A stretch of DNA of 43,400 bases from Bdellovibrionota bacterium (GTDB lineage: Bacteria > Bdellovibrionota_C > UBA2361 > OMIW01). The translations under genes were made by a program, and so were the position numbers. The number at the start of each line of letters is the position of its first letter. Position 1 is the first letter of the stretch. Shown here one piece after another: positions 8,789-18,543 of the stretch. The DNA lies in NCBI GenBank assembly GCA_044345055.1, contig JBIJBT010000013.1, positions 1 through 43,400 on the forward strand, read 5' to 3'. The notes under the pieces were generated by a model. That model worked only from the letters and a program-made list of their open reading frames with translations, searched no databases and had not been told where the DNA came from.

Positions 8789-9539
8789 TCGAGGAATTGT
8801 AAGTATGACACTTCTAGCGAATCAATCTCGTGACACAAAGAAGGGAGTAATCATCGCTCTATTCGCTGCGATACTCCCGGCTGTATTTCCATTCGCCGCA
8901 TTGAGCGAACAGATTACTGTGCAGGTGCAAACAGATTTTTCGCCCCGCAGGTTCGAGGGGCTTATAACTTCTACCTCTGGTGTTATCACGGAAAAAGTCA
9001 ATCCTGCGGTGGAGGAGATAGCTCCCAACTTTTATGCAGTAACCTTTCCTATTGAGGAGAAGGAAGACAAAAACCGCATGGCGATTGCAGTTGCTCTCGA
9101 CAACGATGGTCACATGGCCGTTGGTCCTGCGGTACCGATACAATCGGTATCAGCTTCTGAGCCGTGCTCACCCGAGATGATTGATCCTGTGGTTCTTGAA
9201 GTGGATGCTGGAACAATTCGCGCTCTCGCATCGAATCGACTTAAGCGCCGTGATCACAATCGGAGGATCTTCGAGCTATCGCTGAGCCAGTTCCCAATCA
9301 GCGACATTGAAAAGATCGAGCGCAAGTTTGGACTTTCGCAGACTGAATCCTCAAAGACCGATGTCAATCCATTCCACATGGTTGATAGAATTTCTCGACT
9401 GCTAGTTGCTCTCGACACCTGGGATTATCGAAAAAATGCCATTATTTCGGCACCAGCTCCAGAGCCAACTGAGGCTACAAACGAGCCAGAGAAAACAGCA
9501 GAAGCTGCCACTCCTCCTGTTACATCAAATGCTCAATAA
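8778..9539 (+). CDS. Exported hypothetical protein
   Basis: Signal-like segment IIALFAAILPAVFPFAALS; P/E/T/A-rich tail; alternative start at 8805. Confidence 0.65.
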   Translation: MVANRGIVSMTLLANQSRDTKKGVIIALFAAILPAVFPFAALSEQITVQVQTDFSPRRFEGLITSTSGVITEKVNPAVEEIAPNFYAVTFPIEEKEDKNRMAIAVALDNDGHMAVGPAVPIQSVSASEPCSPEMIDPVVLEVDAGTIRALASNRLKRRDHNRRIFELSLSQFPISDIEKIERKFGLSQTESSKTDVNPFHMVDRISRLLVALDTWDYRKNAIISAPAPEPTEATNEPEKTAEAATPPVTSNAQ

Positions 9540-9613
9540 CTGACGCTCGTTAAACGTCCTTCCCTCTGATATCCGGGCCATTTTAGCTGCTCGTCGCTCT
9601 TGTATTAATTCTT

Positions 9614-10525
9614 ATGTGGAATATCAACAAAGAACGGCTAAACGACGCTCTTTTCACGAAGCGCTGGGTTATTGATCTTATTAATGGGCAACCAGAGCAG
9701 CTGATTACTCTCCTAAAACGTGCTGCTCCTCACATTCCTGCCGACGAATGGGACAAGCGAATCAACGTTGGAGGAGCTCATCTTAATGGAGCTCCGGTTG
9801 CAGGAGATTGCATCGTTGCACCACCAGCGCGGGTAGAATATTTTGAACCGCGCGGGGGAACATTTGAGAGCTCTGGATATCCTCTCTGGTCTTCCGACTG
9901 GATTATTTTCGAAGATAATGACCTAATCGTTATCAACAAACCGATCCATCTCCCCACCCTTCCGGTGCGCGAGCAGAGTATCCACAATCTTCGCCGCTAT
10001 CTTGAGGAGTATCTGGTCCATGCGGTTCATCTTCCTTCCCGACTCGACACTTCAACCTCGGGACTTGTTATCGCCAGCAAATCGCCCGACACCCATCGAG
10101 CGCTTCAACGGACCTTTGAAACTAGAGCAATAGTAAAGCGATATCTTTGCGAACTCTCTGGAGTTCCATCCTTTAGAAAATTGACCCTTTCCAGCGCCAT
10201 TGGACACCATCCGCTTCACCCTGTACTCCGTGCTACCCACTCGGCGGGCAAAAGCGCTTTAACCTGCTTCACCGTTATTGAGCCACGAGATAGAAGTGCA
10301 CTTGTTGAGGCACGCCCGATTACCGGCAGAACTCACCAGATTCGTGTTCACGCACAGGCTTTGGGATATCCTCTCGTGGGAGATAATTTTTATAATGGTG
10401 CCGAGGCGCCGAGTCTCCACCTTTGTTGCGTTGAACTTGGACTGAACCACCCAAGAACAGGCGCCGCGCTTCAGATATCCCTCCCCGAAAAGGCCCGTCC
10501 TTCATGGATTCGGTCTGAAGCGTGA
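9614..10525 (+). CDS. RluA-family RNA pseudouridine synthase
   Basis: INKP, SRLDTSTSG (catalytic Asp), TGRTHQIRVH, GDNFY, LHL. Confidence 0.93.
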   Translation: MWNINKERLNDALFTKRWVIDLINGQPEQLITLLKRAAPHIPADEWDKRINVGGAHLNGAPVAGDCIVAPPARVEYFEPRGGTFESSGYPLWSSDWIIFEDNDLIVINKPIHLPTLPVREQSIHNLRRYLEEYLVHAVHLPSRLDTSTSGLVIASKSPDTHRALQRTFETRAIVKRYLCELSGVPSFRKLTLSSAIGHHPLHPVLRATHSAGKSALTCFTVIEPRDRSALVEARPITGRTHQIRVHAQALGYPLVGDNFYNGAEAPSLHLCCVELGLNHPRTGAALQISLPEKARPSWIRSEA

Positions 10526-10631
10526 TCGCAAATCGCGTCATAGTCTTACGCTTCTCAATCTGCTAGCATGTCGGCCGACCTGAGTGCCGGTCATCATTCG
10601 GCGCCAGAGTGCGTATCAACGGAGGATTGCA

Positions 10632-12035
10632 ATGAGCACAGAGAAACGAGACGTCATCGTCCTTGGGGCTGGTCCTGGGGGGTATGTTGCCGCTATTCGC
10701 GCCGCCCAGCTCGGGCGCAAAGTTGCGATCGTTGAGCGGGAATCGCTCGGCGGCGTGTGTTTAAACTGGGGATGTATTCCCTCAAAAGCGCTGCTCAAAG
10801 CGGGTCAACTTTACCAAGACCTCCACCACTCTTCGGAATTTGGATTCAAAGCCGAGAAGGTCACCCTAGATTTTCCTCAGGTGATCAAACGCTCCCGTGA
10901 TGTCGCCGGAAAGCTCTCCGGTGGAGTTTCGTACCTCATGAAAAAGGCAAAGGCCGAGGTCATCTACGGAACGGGAAAACTCCAGAAAGGAAATGTTCTG
11001 GCAGTTACCGCCGCTGACGGGAAAACAACCTCGTACGCATTTAACGATATCATCATCGCGACCGGTGCCCGACCCCGAACTCTTCCCCACATTCCGATTG
11101 ATGGAGAGGTCATTCATACATACCGAACGATCCTCGAATATAAAAAGCTCCCAAAGAAGACCCTTATCATCGGTGGAGGAGTCATCGGAGTTGAATTTGG
11201 CTACTTTCACTCTGCCTTCGGTGCTGAGGTAACGATCGTTGAGATGCTCGATCAGATTCTTCCGCTGGAAGATCTTGAAGTTGCGCAGGGGCTTCAACGA
11301 ATCTTCGAAAAGCGAGGCGTTCAGATAAAAACTGGATGCTCCGTGAAATCGGTCGAAAAAAAGGGAAGCAACGTTACTGCGACGATCGAAAAGAAGAACG
11401 GAGAGATCGAAACGTGGACGGGCGATTGTATCCTCTGCTCAATCGGAGTAACTCCGAACACTGAATCGCTCGGGCTTGAAGAGGTCGGCATTGCGATGGA
11501 GCGAGGATTTATTAAAACAAATCCCTACATGCAAACATCGATTCCGCATCACTTTGCGATCGGCGATATCGTCGCTGGCACTCCTCAGCTTGCCCACGTT
11601 GCAAGTCACGAGGGGATCGTTGCTGCTGAGGCACTTGCTGGGCACGATACTGCAGGAATGCACTACGATAACGTGCCTTCATGTACCTACTGTCAACCTC
11701 AGGTCGCATCGGTCGGCTTAACCGAGAAAAAGCTCAAAGAACAGGGCATTAAGTATCGGGTTGGCAAAGTTCCTTTTGGTGCCATCGGGAAAGCGATCGC
11801 GATCGGCGAGTCGGATGGATTTATCAAGGTACTTATCGATGAAAAAGTCGGTGAGGTTCTTGGTGTTCACATTCTGCATGCTGAGGCAACCGAGCTGATC
11901 GCTGAAGCGGGAATAATCCGCTCTCACGAGGGAATCGCCGCCAGTGTAGTCGATACGATACACGCCCATCCGACCCTCTCAGAGGCTATGATGGAGGCAA
12001 TGGCCGCCGCATTAGGGCGACCGATAAACACATAG
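10632..12035 (+). CDS. lpdA: Dihydrolipoyl dehydrogenase (E3)
   Basis: GAGPGGY, GGVCLNWGCIPSK, GGGVIG, HAHPTLSE; GGAGG before ATG 10632. Confidence 0.97.
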   Translation: MSTEKRDVIVLGAGPGGYVAAIRAAQLGRKVAIVERESLGGVCLNWGCIPSKALLKAGQLYQDLHHSSEFGFKAEKVTLDFPQVIKRSRDVAGKLSGGVSYLMKKAKAEVIYGTGKLQKGNVLAVTAADGKTTSYAFNDIIIATGARPRTLPHIPIDGEVIHTYRTILEYKKLPKKTLIIGGGVIGVEFGYFHSAFGAEVTIVEMLDQILPLEDLEVAQGLQRIFEKRGVQIKTGCSVKSVEKKGSNVTATIEKKNGEIETWTGDCILCSIGVTPNTESLGLEEVGIAMERGFIKTNPYMQTSIPHHFAIGDIVAGTPQLAHVASHEGIVAAEALAGHDTAGMHYDNVPSCTYCQPQVASVGLTEKKLKEQGIKYRVGKVPFGAIGKAIAIGESDGFIKVLIDEKVGEVLGVHILHAEATELIAEAGIIRSHEGIAASVVDTIHAHPTLSEAMMEAMAAALGRPINT

Positions 12036-12337
12036 AGCTGTTCCTGACGCAAATCAGCCAATTGTAGCGTGGTGGTGTAGGTTCGTATTATCGGTGCTCC
12101 GGTCGGTGCTCCCGACGTAACCAATTTTACCACCACGCCAGTTGCACTTTCCCCCTTTCCGGGGGGGTAGATACTCAAACTAGTCATGGCTCCTATGCTT
12201 CCAAGTTGATATACTAGAAGTATAGGAAGTATAAAAACTTTCTAGCTTACGACACTCTTTTTTCATTAAACTCAAAACACGCTCCGCCATCGGAGCCGTT
12301 ACTTACCGTTTTATCACCTCACCCGTGGAGCAGTGGT

Positions 12338-13000
12338 ATGGCCACTTGCGGGGTTCTCGATCTCGGTCTACAACCGTACCAAAAGGTACTTACCCTTCAA
12401 CGTACCCTCATTTCTCAACTCAAAGAGGGGCTTACCAGTAATACTCTTATCCTCTGTTCACATCCGCCGGTGATAACCATCGGCAAAAGCGGGAAAGCTT
12501 CGAGCATCAAGGAAGATACGGCGTCACTTAACGAGCAGGGCGTTGCTATTTTTGAGGTCGAACGGGGCGGTGATGCGACGTATCACGGTCCTGGACAGAT
12601 AGTTGGATATCCTCTTCTTGATCTCAATCCTATCCGACGCGATGTCGGTTGGTATGTGCGAACTCTCGAGCAGGTCATCATAGCCACGCTCGCCGATTTT
12701 GGCGTTGCGGGAACACTCATCTCGGGGAAGACTGGGGTGTGGGTAGCGCACAATGATGAAGCCCGAAAGATCGCATCCCTCGGTGTGAAGCTCTCCCGGT
12801 GGTGCACCATGCACGGTTTTTCTTGCAATGTTCTTAATTGTCAGGATGGCTTTCGGCTTATCAATCCGTGTGGCATGCCTGACGTTAGAACAACCTCAAT
12901 AGAGGAAGAAACCGGTGTGGTAATTCCGCTCGCTGAGGTGGCACTTTCTCTATCTCGCCACTTCCTTGAGCTGTTTGAATTCAATCGGGAAGAGCAATGA
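12338..13000 (+). CDS. lipB: Lipoyl(octanoyl) transferase
   Basis: HPPVITIG, RGGDATYHGPGQ, KIASLG, HGF, INPCG. Confidence 0.95.
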   Translation: MATCGVLDLGLQPYQKVLTLQRTLISQLKEGLTSNTLILCSHPPVITIGKSGKASSIKEDTASLNEQGVAIFEVERGGDATYHGPGQIVGYPLLDLNPIRRDVGWYVRTLEQVIIATLADFGVAGTLISGKTGVWVAHNDEARKIASLGVKLSRWCTMHGFSCNVLNCQDGFRLINPCGMPDVRTTSIEEETGVVIPLAEVALSLSRHFLELFEFNREEQ

Positions 13001-15093
13001 TTACTGGAGAGATCGGAGTACACCAAGGCCCATCTATGAAACAAACCGCGGTGCCAATGGTTCGACTAAAGAAAGAGGGCCAATCTGTGGGCGAGGAGAT
13101 CTCTGCATCAGATCTCGTTCTTGCGTTTCGTCACATGGTTCTTGCACGGTTGGTCGATCTTAAGACGATAGTGCTCTACAAACAGAACAAGTGCCACTTC
13201 CAGATAGGAGTTGCTGGTCACGAAGCGATTCAGGTTGCCACCTCTCGGATATTTCGCGCCGGGACCGATTGGTTCTATCCATACTATCGCGACATGGCCT
13301 TGATGGTAGGGCTCGGCATGACCGCTGAGGAGCTCTTCTTGAACGCAATGAATCGCGATGCCGATCCAAACTCGCACGGGCGACAGATGCCGATGCACTA
13401 TGCGAGCAAAGCTCTCCAAGTTGTCAGCCAAAGCTCTCCCACCGGCACCCAATTTAATCAGGCGATAGGCTGCGCTCTTGCCTCGCGATATCTCAATCGG
13501 AGTGAAGTTACATACGTTTCAGCAGGAGAGGGCACCTGCGCTCAGGGAGATTTTCACGAATCACTCAACTGGGCTGCCCGCGATCGTTTGCCAGTTGTCT
13601 TTGTGATCCAAAATAATAATTTCGCTATTTCGGTTCCCCTCTCTGAACAGCTCGCTGGAGGAAGCGTCTATAAACTCGCTGCGGGATACGAGGGACTCGC
13701 TCGCGCCGAGATAGATGGAACTGATTTCGGCTCTTCGATTGAAGCAGTCCGATCTGCGCACTCTCGGGCCCTTCGCGGAGATGGTCCAACCCTCATCGAG
13801 GCGCATGTTCCGCGGCTTCAAAGCCACTCCATCTCAGATAATCACCTAAAATATAGAACCCCCGAGGAGATCGCCAAAGATTCAACTCGTTGCCCGATTG
13901 AGCGGATGAGACGGCTGATACTCGACGAGGCGATACTATCCGCCGATGAGCTCGCGTATATCGAGGAAGAATTAAAACAAACCGTCGATGCGGCTGCTGA
14001 ATGGGCCGAGGGTCAGCCACCGTGCAATCCGAGCGAGCTATTTGTCGGAGCATACACAAATCCTACTCCGTGGGAGGATATCGTTGAAACAACCCCAAGC
14101 GGCGAGGAAACCTTTCTCGTTGATGCTCTCAATCACACACTCGATGAAGAACTAGCGCGAGATTCGCGCGTGCTCGTATTCGGCGAAGATGTTGCCGGTG
14201 GCAAAGGAGGAGTTTTTACCGTTACCGCCGGACTCACCAATAAGCACGGCGCCGATCGGGTTTTCAATACCCAACTCGCAGAGAGTTCAATCGTCGGGGC
14301 CGCAATTGGGCTTGCGACTCGGGGACTCAAACCGGTTGCAGAGATCCAGTTTGGTGACTATGTGTGGACCGCAATGATGCAGATCCGCAACGAGCTCGCG
14401 ATGATGAGCTATCGTTCAAAAGGAGATTTTACATGCCCCGCAGTTTTGCGAATTCCCGTCGGCGGATATATCCACGGCGGAGCCTACCACTCGCAGAATA
14501 TCGAGGCGACCTTTGCCCATTTTCCCGGCCTCTATGTGGTTTACCCTTCAAACGCCGCCGATGCCAGAGGGCTCTTAAGAGCCGCAATTCGGGGAAGTGA
14601 TCCTGTTCTCTTTCTCGAACACAAAGGGCTCTATCGACAACCAAGCGGTAAGGCACCCGAAGGAGGAAGCGATCATCTGGTTCCTCTTGGCAAAGCCCGC
14701 ATTGCCCGCGAAGGGCATGATTTAACTGTAATTACATGGGGTTATCTCGTCCAGCGGAGCCTTATGGCGGCCCAAATCCTCGCTGAGGAGGGATATTCAA
14801 TAGAGGTCGTCGATCTTCGAACGATTGTTCCTCTTGATAGAGAAACGATTTTAGCTAGTGTTCAGAGGACAAATCGGGTGCTCATTGCTCACGAAGATGA
14901 TATATTTATGGGTTTCGGAGCGGAGATAGCCGCCCTAATTGCGAGCGAGTGTTTTACCTATCTTGATGCCCCGGTGAAGCGAATTGGGATGAAATCGGTC
15001 CCTCACGTTCCGCATTCCCCGGTCCTCGAACAGGTAACACTTCCTCAGCAGGAAGAGGTAACTGAAGCCGCTCGGGCATTGTTGCGATTTTAA
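12997..15093 (+). CDS. 2-oxoacid dehydrogenase E1, fused alpha+beta subunits (probably branched-chain type)
   Basis: PYYRD, GRQMPMH, TPP motif GEG...NN, HSISD; beta half VFGEDV, EIQFGDY, HSQ, EVVDLR; ATGA overlap with the lipB stop. Confidence 0.92.
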   Translation: MITGEIGVHQGPSMKQTAVPMVRLKKEGQSVGEEISASDLVLAFRHMVLARLVDLKTIVLYKQNKCHFQIGVAGHEAIQVATSRIFRAGTDWFYPYYRDMALMVGLGMTAEELFLNAMNRDADPNSHGRQMPMHYASKALQVVSQSSPTGTQFNQAIGCALASRYLNRSEVTYVSAGEGTCAQGDFHESLNWAARDRLPVVFVIQNNNFAISVPLSEQLAGGSVYKLAAGYEGLARAEIDGTDFGSSIEAVRSAHSRALRGDGPTLIEAHVPRLQSHSISDNHLKYRTPEEIAKDSTRCPIERMRRLILDEAILSADELAYIEEELKQTVDAAAEWAEGQPPCNPSELFVGAYTNPTPWEDIVETTPSGEETFLVDALNHTLDEELARDSRVLVFGEDVAGGKGGVFTVTAGLTNKHGADRVFNTQLAESSIVGAAIGLATRGLKPVAEIQFGDYVWTAMMQIRNELAMMSYRSKGDFTCPAVLRIPVGGYIHGGAYHSQNIEATFAHFPGLYVVYPSNAADARGLLRAAIRGSDPVLFLEHKGLYRQPSGKAPEGGSDHLVPLGKARIAREGHDLTVITWGYLVQRSLMAAQILAEEGYSIEVVDLRTIVPLDRETILASVQRTNRVLIAHEDDIFMGFGAEIAALIASECFTYLDAPVKRIGMKSVPHVPHSPVLEQVTLPQQEEVTEAARALLRF

Positions 15094-15206
15094 TCATCGC
15101 GCCTCCTTGCCATCCAATTTACAAAAAAGAATGATCGAGGGGGCCGCTTGGATTTCCCCGATCTGAACGGCAATTTTGTCGAGGAACATCAGAAAGGAAC
15201 TACCGT

Positions 15207-16559
15207 ATGAAAACAGAGATGGTGATGCCCCAGATGGGCGAGTCAATTACTGAGGCAACCGTTTCCCGATGGCTCAAAAAAGTTGGTGATGCTGTCACAA
15301 AAGACGAAATTATTCTGGAAATTTCGACCGACAAGGTTGATTCCGAGATCCCTGCTCCCGCATCGGGAGTTATTGTTGAGCTACGATGTAGTGAAGGGGA
15401 TGTAGTTCCAGTAAAAACCGTTATCGCTATTATCGACTCAGAGGGTAAAGGAACAGCAGCTCCCGCAGCCGCTTCCGCAACACCAGCTGCAGCACCTGCA
15501 TCAGCACCAAAAGCCGTCGAAGCAGCTACCCAGCCGCAGCCAGCAGCAGCCCCTGCTGTTGCTCCTGCCGCAGCCGCTGCTGAGAGCATAAGCCGATTCT
15601 ATTCCCCACTCGTAATGAGCCTTGCTCAGGTCAACAACATATCACTCGCAGAGCTTGAAACGATCGCCGGTTCAGGTCAGGGTGGTCGGGTGAATAAGCA
15701 AGATATCATGCGCCACCTCGATACTCGTGCAACAACCCCGACTCCTGCGCAACCTGCTCCCGCTCAGGCGGCAACACCCGCCGCCGCGGCGCGCCCAGCA
15801 GCACCTGCTGCATCAAAATCGCGCGACTCTGTTCCCGCAATCGGTGAATGGCAAGCTGATGGCACCAAGATAATCCCGATGGATGCGATGCGCTCTGCTA
15901 TTGCCGAACATATGGTTCGGTCCAAAGCAACGAGCCCACACGTCTACTCGGTGCAGGAGGTTGATGTCACCAATATCTCGAAGTGGAGAAACGCAAACAA
16001 AAAACTCTTCGCGAATACCGAGGGATTTAACTTAAGCTTTACTCCGTTCTTTCTTGAGGCGACAGTTCGAGCACTCGTCAAATTCCCCCACGTCAACGCC
16101 TCTGTCCAGGACAAAAAGATCATCCTGAAACGAAACGTCAATCTCGGATGCGCCGTCGCGCTCGAAAATATGGGGCTTATCGTTCCAGTGATAAAGCGAG
16201 CCGAAGAGAAGAACTTTGTCGGCCTTGCTCGTTCGCTGAACGACGTTGCAAATCGTGCTCGCTCGAAGAAGCTGCTCCCCGATGATGTCAGCGGTGGTAC
16301 TTTCACTGTAACCAACCCGGGCGTCTTTGGCACGATTATCGGCACGCCGATTATCAACCAACCGCAGGTCGCGATCTTGTGTCTTGGTGCGATAAAAAAA
16401 CGTCCTGTTGTTATCGATGACGCTATAGCGATTCGGGAGATGTGTTACCTCACACTTTCGTACGATCACCGCATTGTCGATGGTATGCTCGGCGGCCAGT
16501 TCCTCGCCTTTATTCGCGAATATTTAGAGGGATGGGATATTAATCGCCCGCTATATTAA
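15207..16559 (+). CDS. 2-oxoacid dehydrogenase E2, dihydrolipoamide acyltransferase
   Basis: One lipoyl domain (STDKVDSE), A/P linkers, E3-binding GSGQGGRVNKQD, catalytic DHRIVDG. Confidence 0.95.
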   Translation: MKTEMVMPQMGESITEATVSRWLKKVGDAVTKDEIILEISTDKVDSEIPAPASGVIVELRCSEGDVVPVKTVIAIIDSEGKGTAAPAAASATPAAAPASAPKAVEAATQPQPAAAPAVAPAAAAAESISRFYSPLVMSLAQVNNISLAELETIAGSGQGGRVNKQDIMRHLDTRATTPTPAQPAPAQAATPAAAARPAAPAASKSRDSVPAIGEWQADGTKIIPMDAMRSAIAEHMVRSKATSPHVYSVQEVDVTNISKWRNANKKLFANTEGFNLSFTPFFLEATVRALVKFPHVNASVQDKKIILKRNVNLGCAVALENMGLIVPVIKRAEEKNFVGLARSLNDVANRARSKKLLPDDVSGGTFTVTNPGVFGTIIGTPIINQPQVAILCLGAIKKRPVVIDDAIAIREMCYLTLSYDHRIVDGMLGGQFLAFIREYLEGWDINRPLY

Positions 16560-16707
16560 TTCGCTGAATTGATATAGTTCCTATTACACCTTCTGCCTCG
16601 CGATCTACGGGGTAGTAGGTGTAATATAGTTCGAAAAACATCCAGTTTTTAGAGCAACCCACAACTCTCCACCCTCAATTCGCTACTTCTCTCTCCGCAG
16701 TATTCCC

Positions 16708-17277
16708 ATGCGCGTTATTTCCGGTACCAAAAAAGGTAAACCGCTCCTTTCTGTCCCGGGCGAGACTACCCGTCCGATGTTAAGCCGGGTAAAAACTGCT
16801 CTCTTTGACACCATTCGTCCCCGACTTGCAGCTGCTCAAGTTCTCGATTGCTTCGCCGGCACCGGTCAGCTCGGCATTGAGGCGCTCAGCAATGGCGCTG
16901 AATCGTGCATTTTCCTCGACACTGAACGTGCAGCAGTAGAGACGATAAAAAAGAATCTCTCGACCACTCAGCTCACCGAGCTCACGCAGGTCCGTCACAC
17001 CGATGTATTTACCTATCTCAAAAACTGCCAAAAATCGTTCGATATAATTTTTGCTGATCCCCCACAGTTTAAAAATCTCTGGGTCGAGGTTGTTCATTGT
17101 TTAGCTGAACGTCCCACTATTTTGAGTGAGGGGGGAGTGCTGATAGTGAAGGTAGATCCAAGCGAATACGAAGAGCTACAGCTAAAAACACTAAACGAGG
17201 TTCAGCAGCGGCGATACGGCAACAGTGTAATTTTGTTCTTTGAGCGAACTCTCGTCGGCAGTTTTCTTGCTGAATAG
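16708..17277 (+). CDS. rsmD: 16S rRNA m2G966 methyltransferase
   Basis: MRVISG..KG, TRP, LDCFAGTGQLGIEALS, FADPP, RRYG. Confidence 0.92.
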   Translation: MRVISGTKKGKPLLSVPGETTRPMLSRVKTALFDTIRPRLAAAQVLDCFAGTGQLGIEALSNGAESCIFLDTERAAVETIKKNLSTTQLTELTQVRHTDVFTYLKNCQKSFDIIFADPPQFKNLWVEVVHCLAERPTILSEGGVLIVKVDPSEYEELQLKTLNEVQQRRYGNSVILFFERTLVGSFLAE

Positions 17278-17295
17278 CGAGACCACCGAGAACTA

Positions 17296-18543
17296 TCATC
17301 CCCACGGCACTCCTAGCTCGCCAATCGGGTCGATCGCTCGTCCTGCTCGGCGCGATTCGAAATAGAAATTACTTCCCCGATCGTTAAGCTTTCCTACTAA
17401 TCCAATCGAACTGCCACGTTTTAGATTAGCTCCAACCGTTACTGATACCTGTTTAAGGCGTCCGTACAGCGAATAGAGACGCTCGCCGTGATCGACCACT
17501 ACAACAGGCCCAAAATTGGGCATTTCTCCGATAAATTTAACTATCCCATCGCGCATCGCCTTAACCGTGCTCCCCTCCTCAACCGAGAGCTCGACACCAT
17601 TATTCGAAATGACATCATCGAATTCCTGAACTCGGCGTTTACCAAAAGGACGAACAACTCGCCCAATTGCGGGAAGCGAAATTAGATCCAGCTTGGCATC
17701 TTGGTTACTACCATTGTTGCTAATGACTTCACCACCGAGCGGTGTGCTACGAAGGTCGCTCGGAACTCTCGCACGAGTGGTGCCTCCAGTTAATCGGTAT
17801 ATGATACCGTCAAGACGATTCCACTCTTGACGCAACATTCTGAGTGATTGACCAATTTTAACCTCATAAGCTTCGCGACGCGCCGTTGCGAAAGATTGCT
17901 CTCTACGTTTCCGACCCAACTCAACCGCCTGTTTCTCAATCGCAGCCTCCAACGCAAGAAGAGTCGCACGCTCACGGCTAAGCTTTTCGCGACGCTGAAT
18001 AAGCTCCTGTCTCTTTTTTTCGAGCAGGTCAAAAAGCTGCTGGTCAGAGGCAAAAACTTTACGCCAAAGAGCCAGCTCTCGGGGTGAAAAAAGGGCCATC
18101 TGACGATCCCGTTGATTAAATACCAAAAGATCCTCAACTCCCCCTTTCCGTGACATGTATACCGCTCTGAGCCGTTGCTGCACTTCAGTTGTTAGAACAG
18201 CAATCTCACCCACCAATCCTTCCTCTTCTTTTTGTGCCCCAGCGATAAACTGCTGATGTTCCTGAAGCTCAGCGCGAAGGGTATCGTTGCGAATTGACAC
18301 CGCACGAAGGGACTTGCCGACTTCATCGATTGCAAGAAGTGATGAGCGACGCTTTGAGCGTAGGTTGTTGAGCTCCCGAGACAAAGTTGTTGCTCGAGCA
18401 GAGATGATGTTCATGCGACGAGTTATCGCATGGATATCTCCGCCCTCTGCAAAGGAATCACGGTTAAAAAATCCAATCAGCCCAAATAGGAAAAAAACTT
18501 TGAGGAGATTACTCCGACGATTTCCAGAATTAACTCTTCTCAT
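17296..18543 (-). CDS. envC: EnvC-like murein hydrolase activator (coiled coil + degenerate M23/LytM)
   Basis: Follows ftsEX with TGATG overlap; signal segment, long coiled coil, M23 domain lacking Zn ligands (NNGVEL, YSLYGRL). Confidence 0.8.
   Translation of the reverse strand: MRRVNSGNRRSNLLKVFFLFGLIGFFNRDSFAEGGDIHAITRRMNIISARATTLSRELNNLRSKRRSSLLAIDEVGKSLRAVSIRNDTLRAELQEHQQFIAGAQKEEEGLVGEIAVLTTEVQQRLRAVYMSRKGGVEDLLVFNQRDRQMALFSPRELALWRKVFASDQQLFDLLEKKRQELIQRREKLSRERATLLALEAAIEKQAVELGRKRREQSFATARREAYEVKIGQSLRMLRQEWNRLDGIIYRLTGGTTRARVPSDLRSTPLGGEVISNNGSNQDAKLDLISLPAIGRVVRPFGKRRVQEFDDVISNNGVELSVEEGSTVKAMRDGIVKFIGEMPNFGPVVVVDHGERLYSLYGRLKQVSVTVGANLKRGSSIGLVGKLNDRGSNFYFESRRAGRAIDPIGELGVPWG

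Noticed and set aside
11924..12187. 87-aa minus-strand ORF with AGGAG upstream
   Set aside because: SD only 2 nt from the ATG, antisense overlap with lpdA, no recognisable motif; the hairpin explains the region better.
17296..17700. Dead M23 peptidase as a novelty
   Set aside because: Loss of Zn ligands is the normal state of EnvC downstream of ftsEX.
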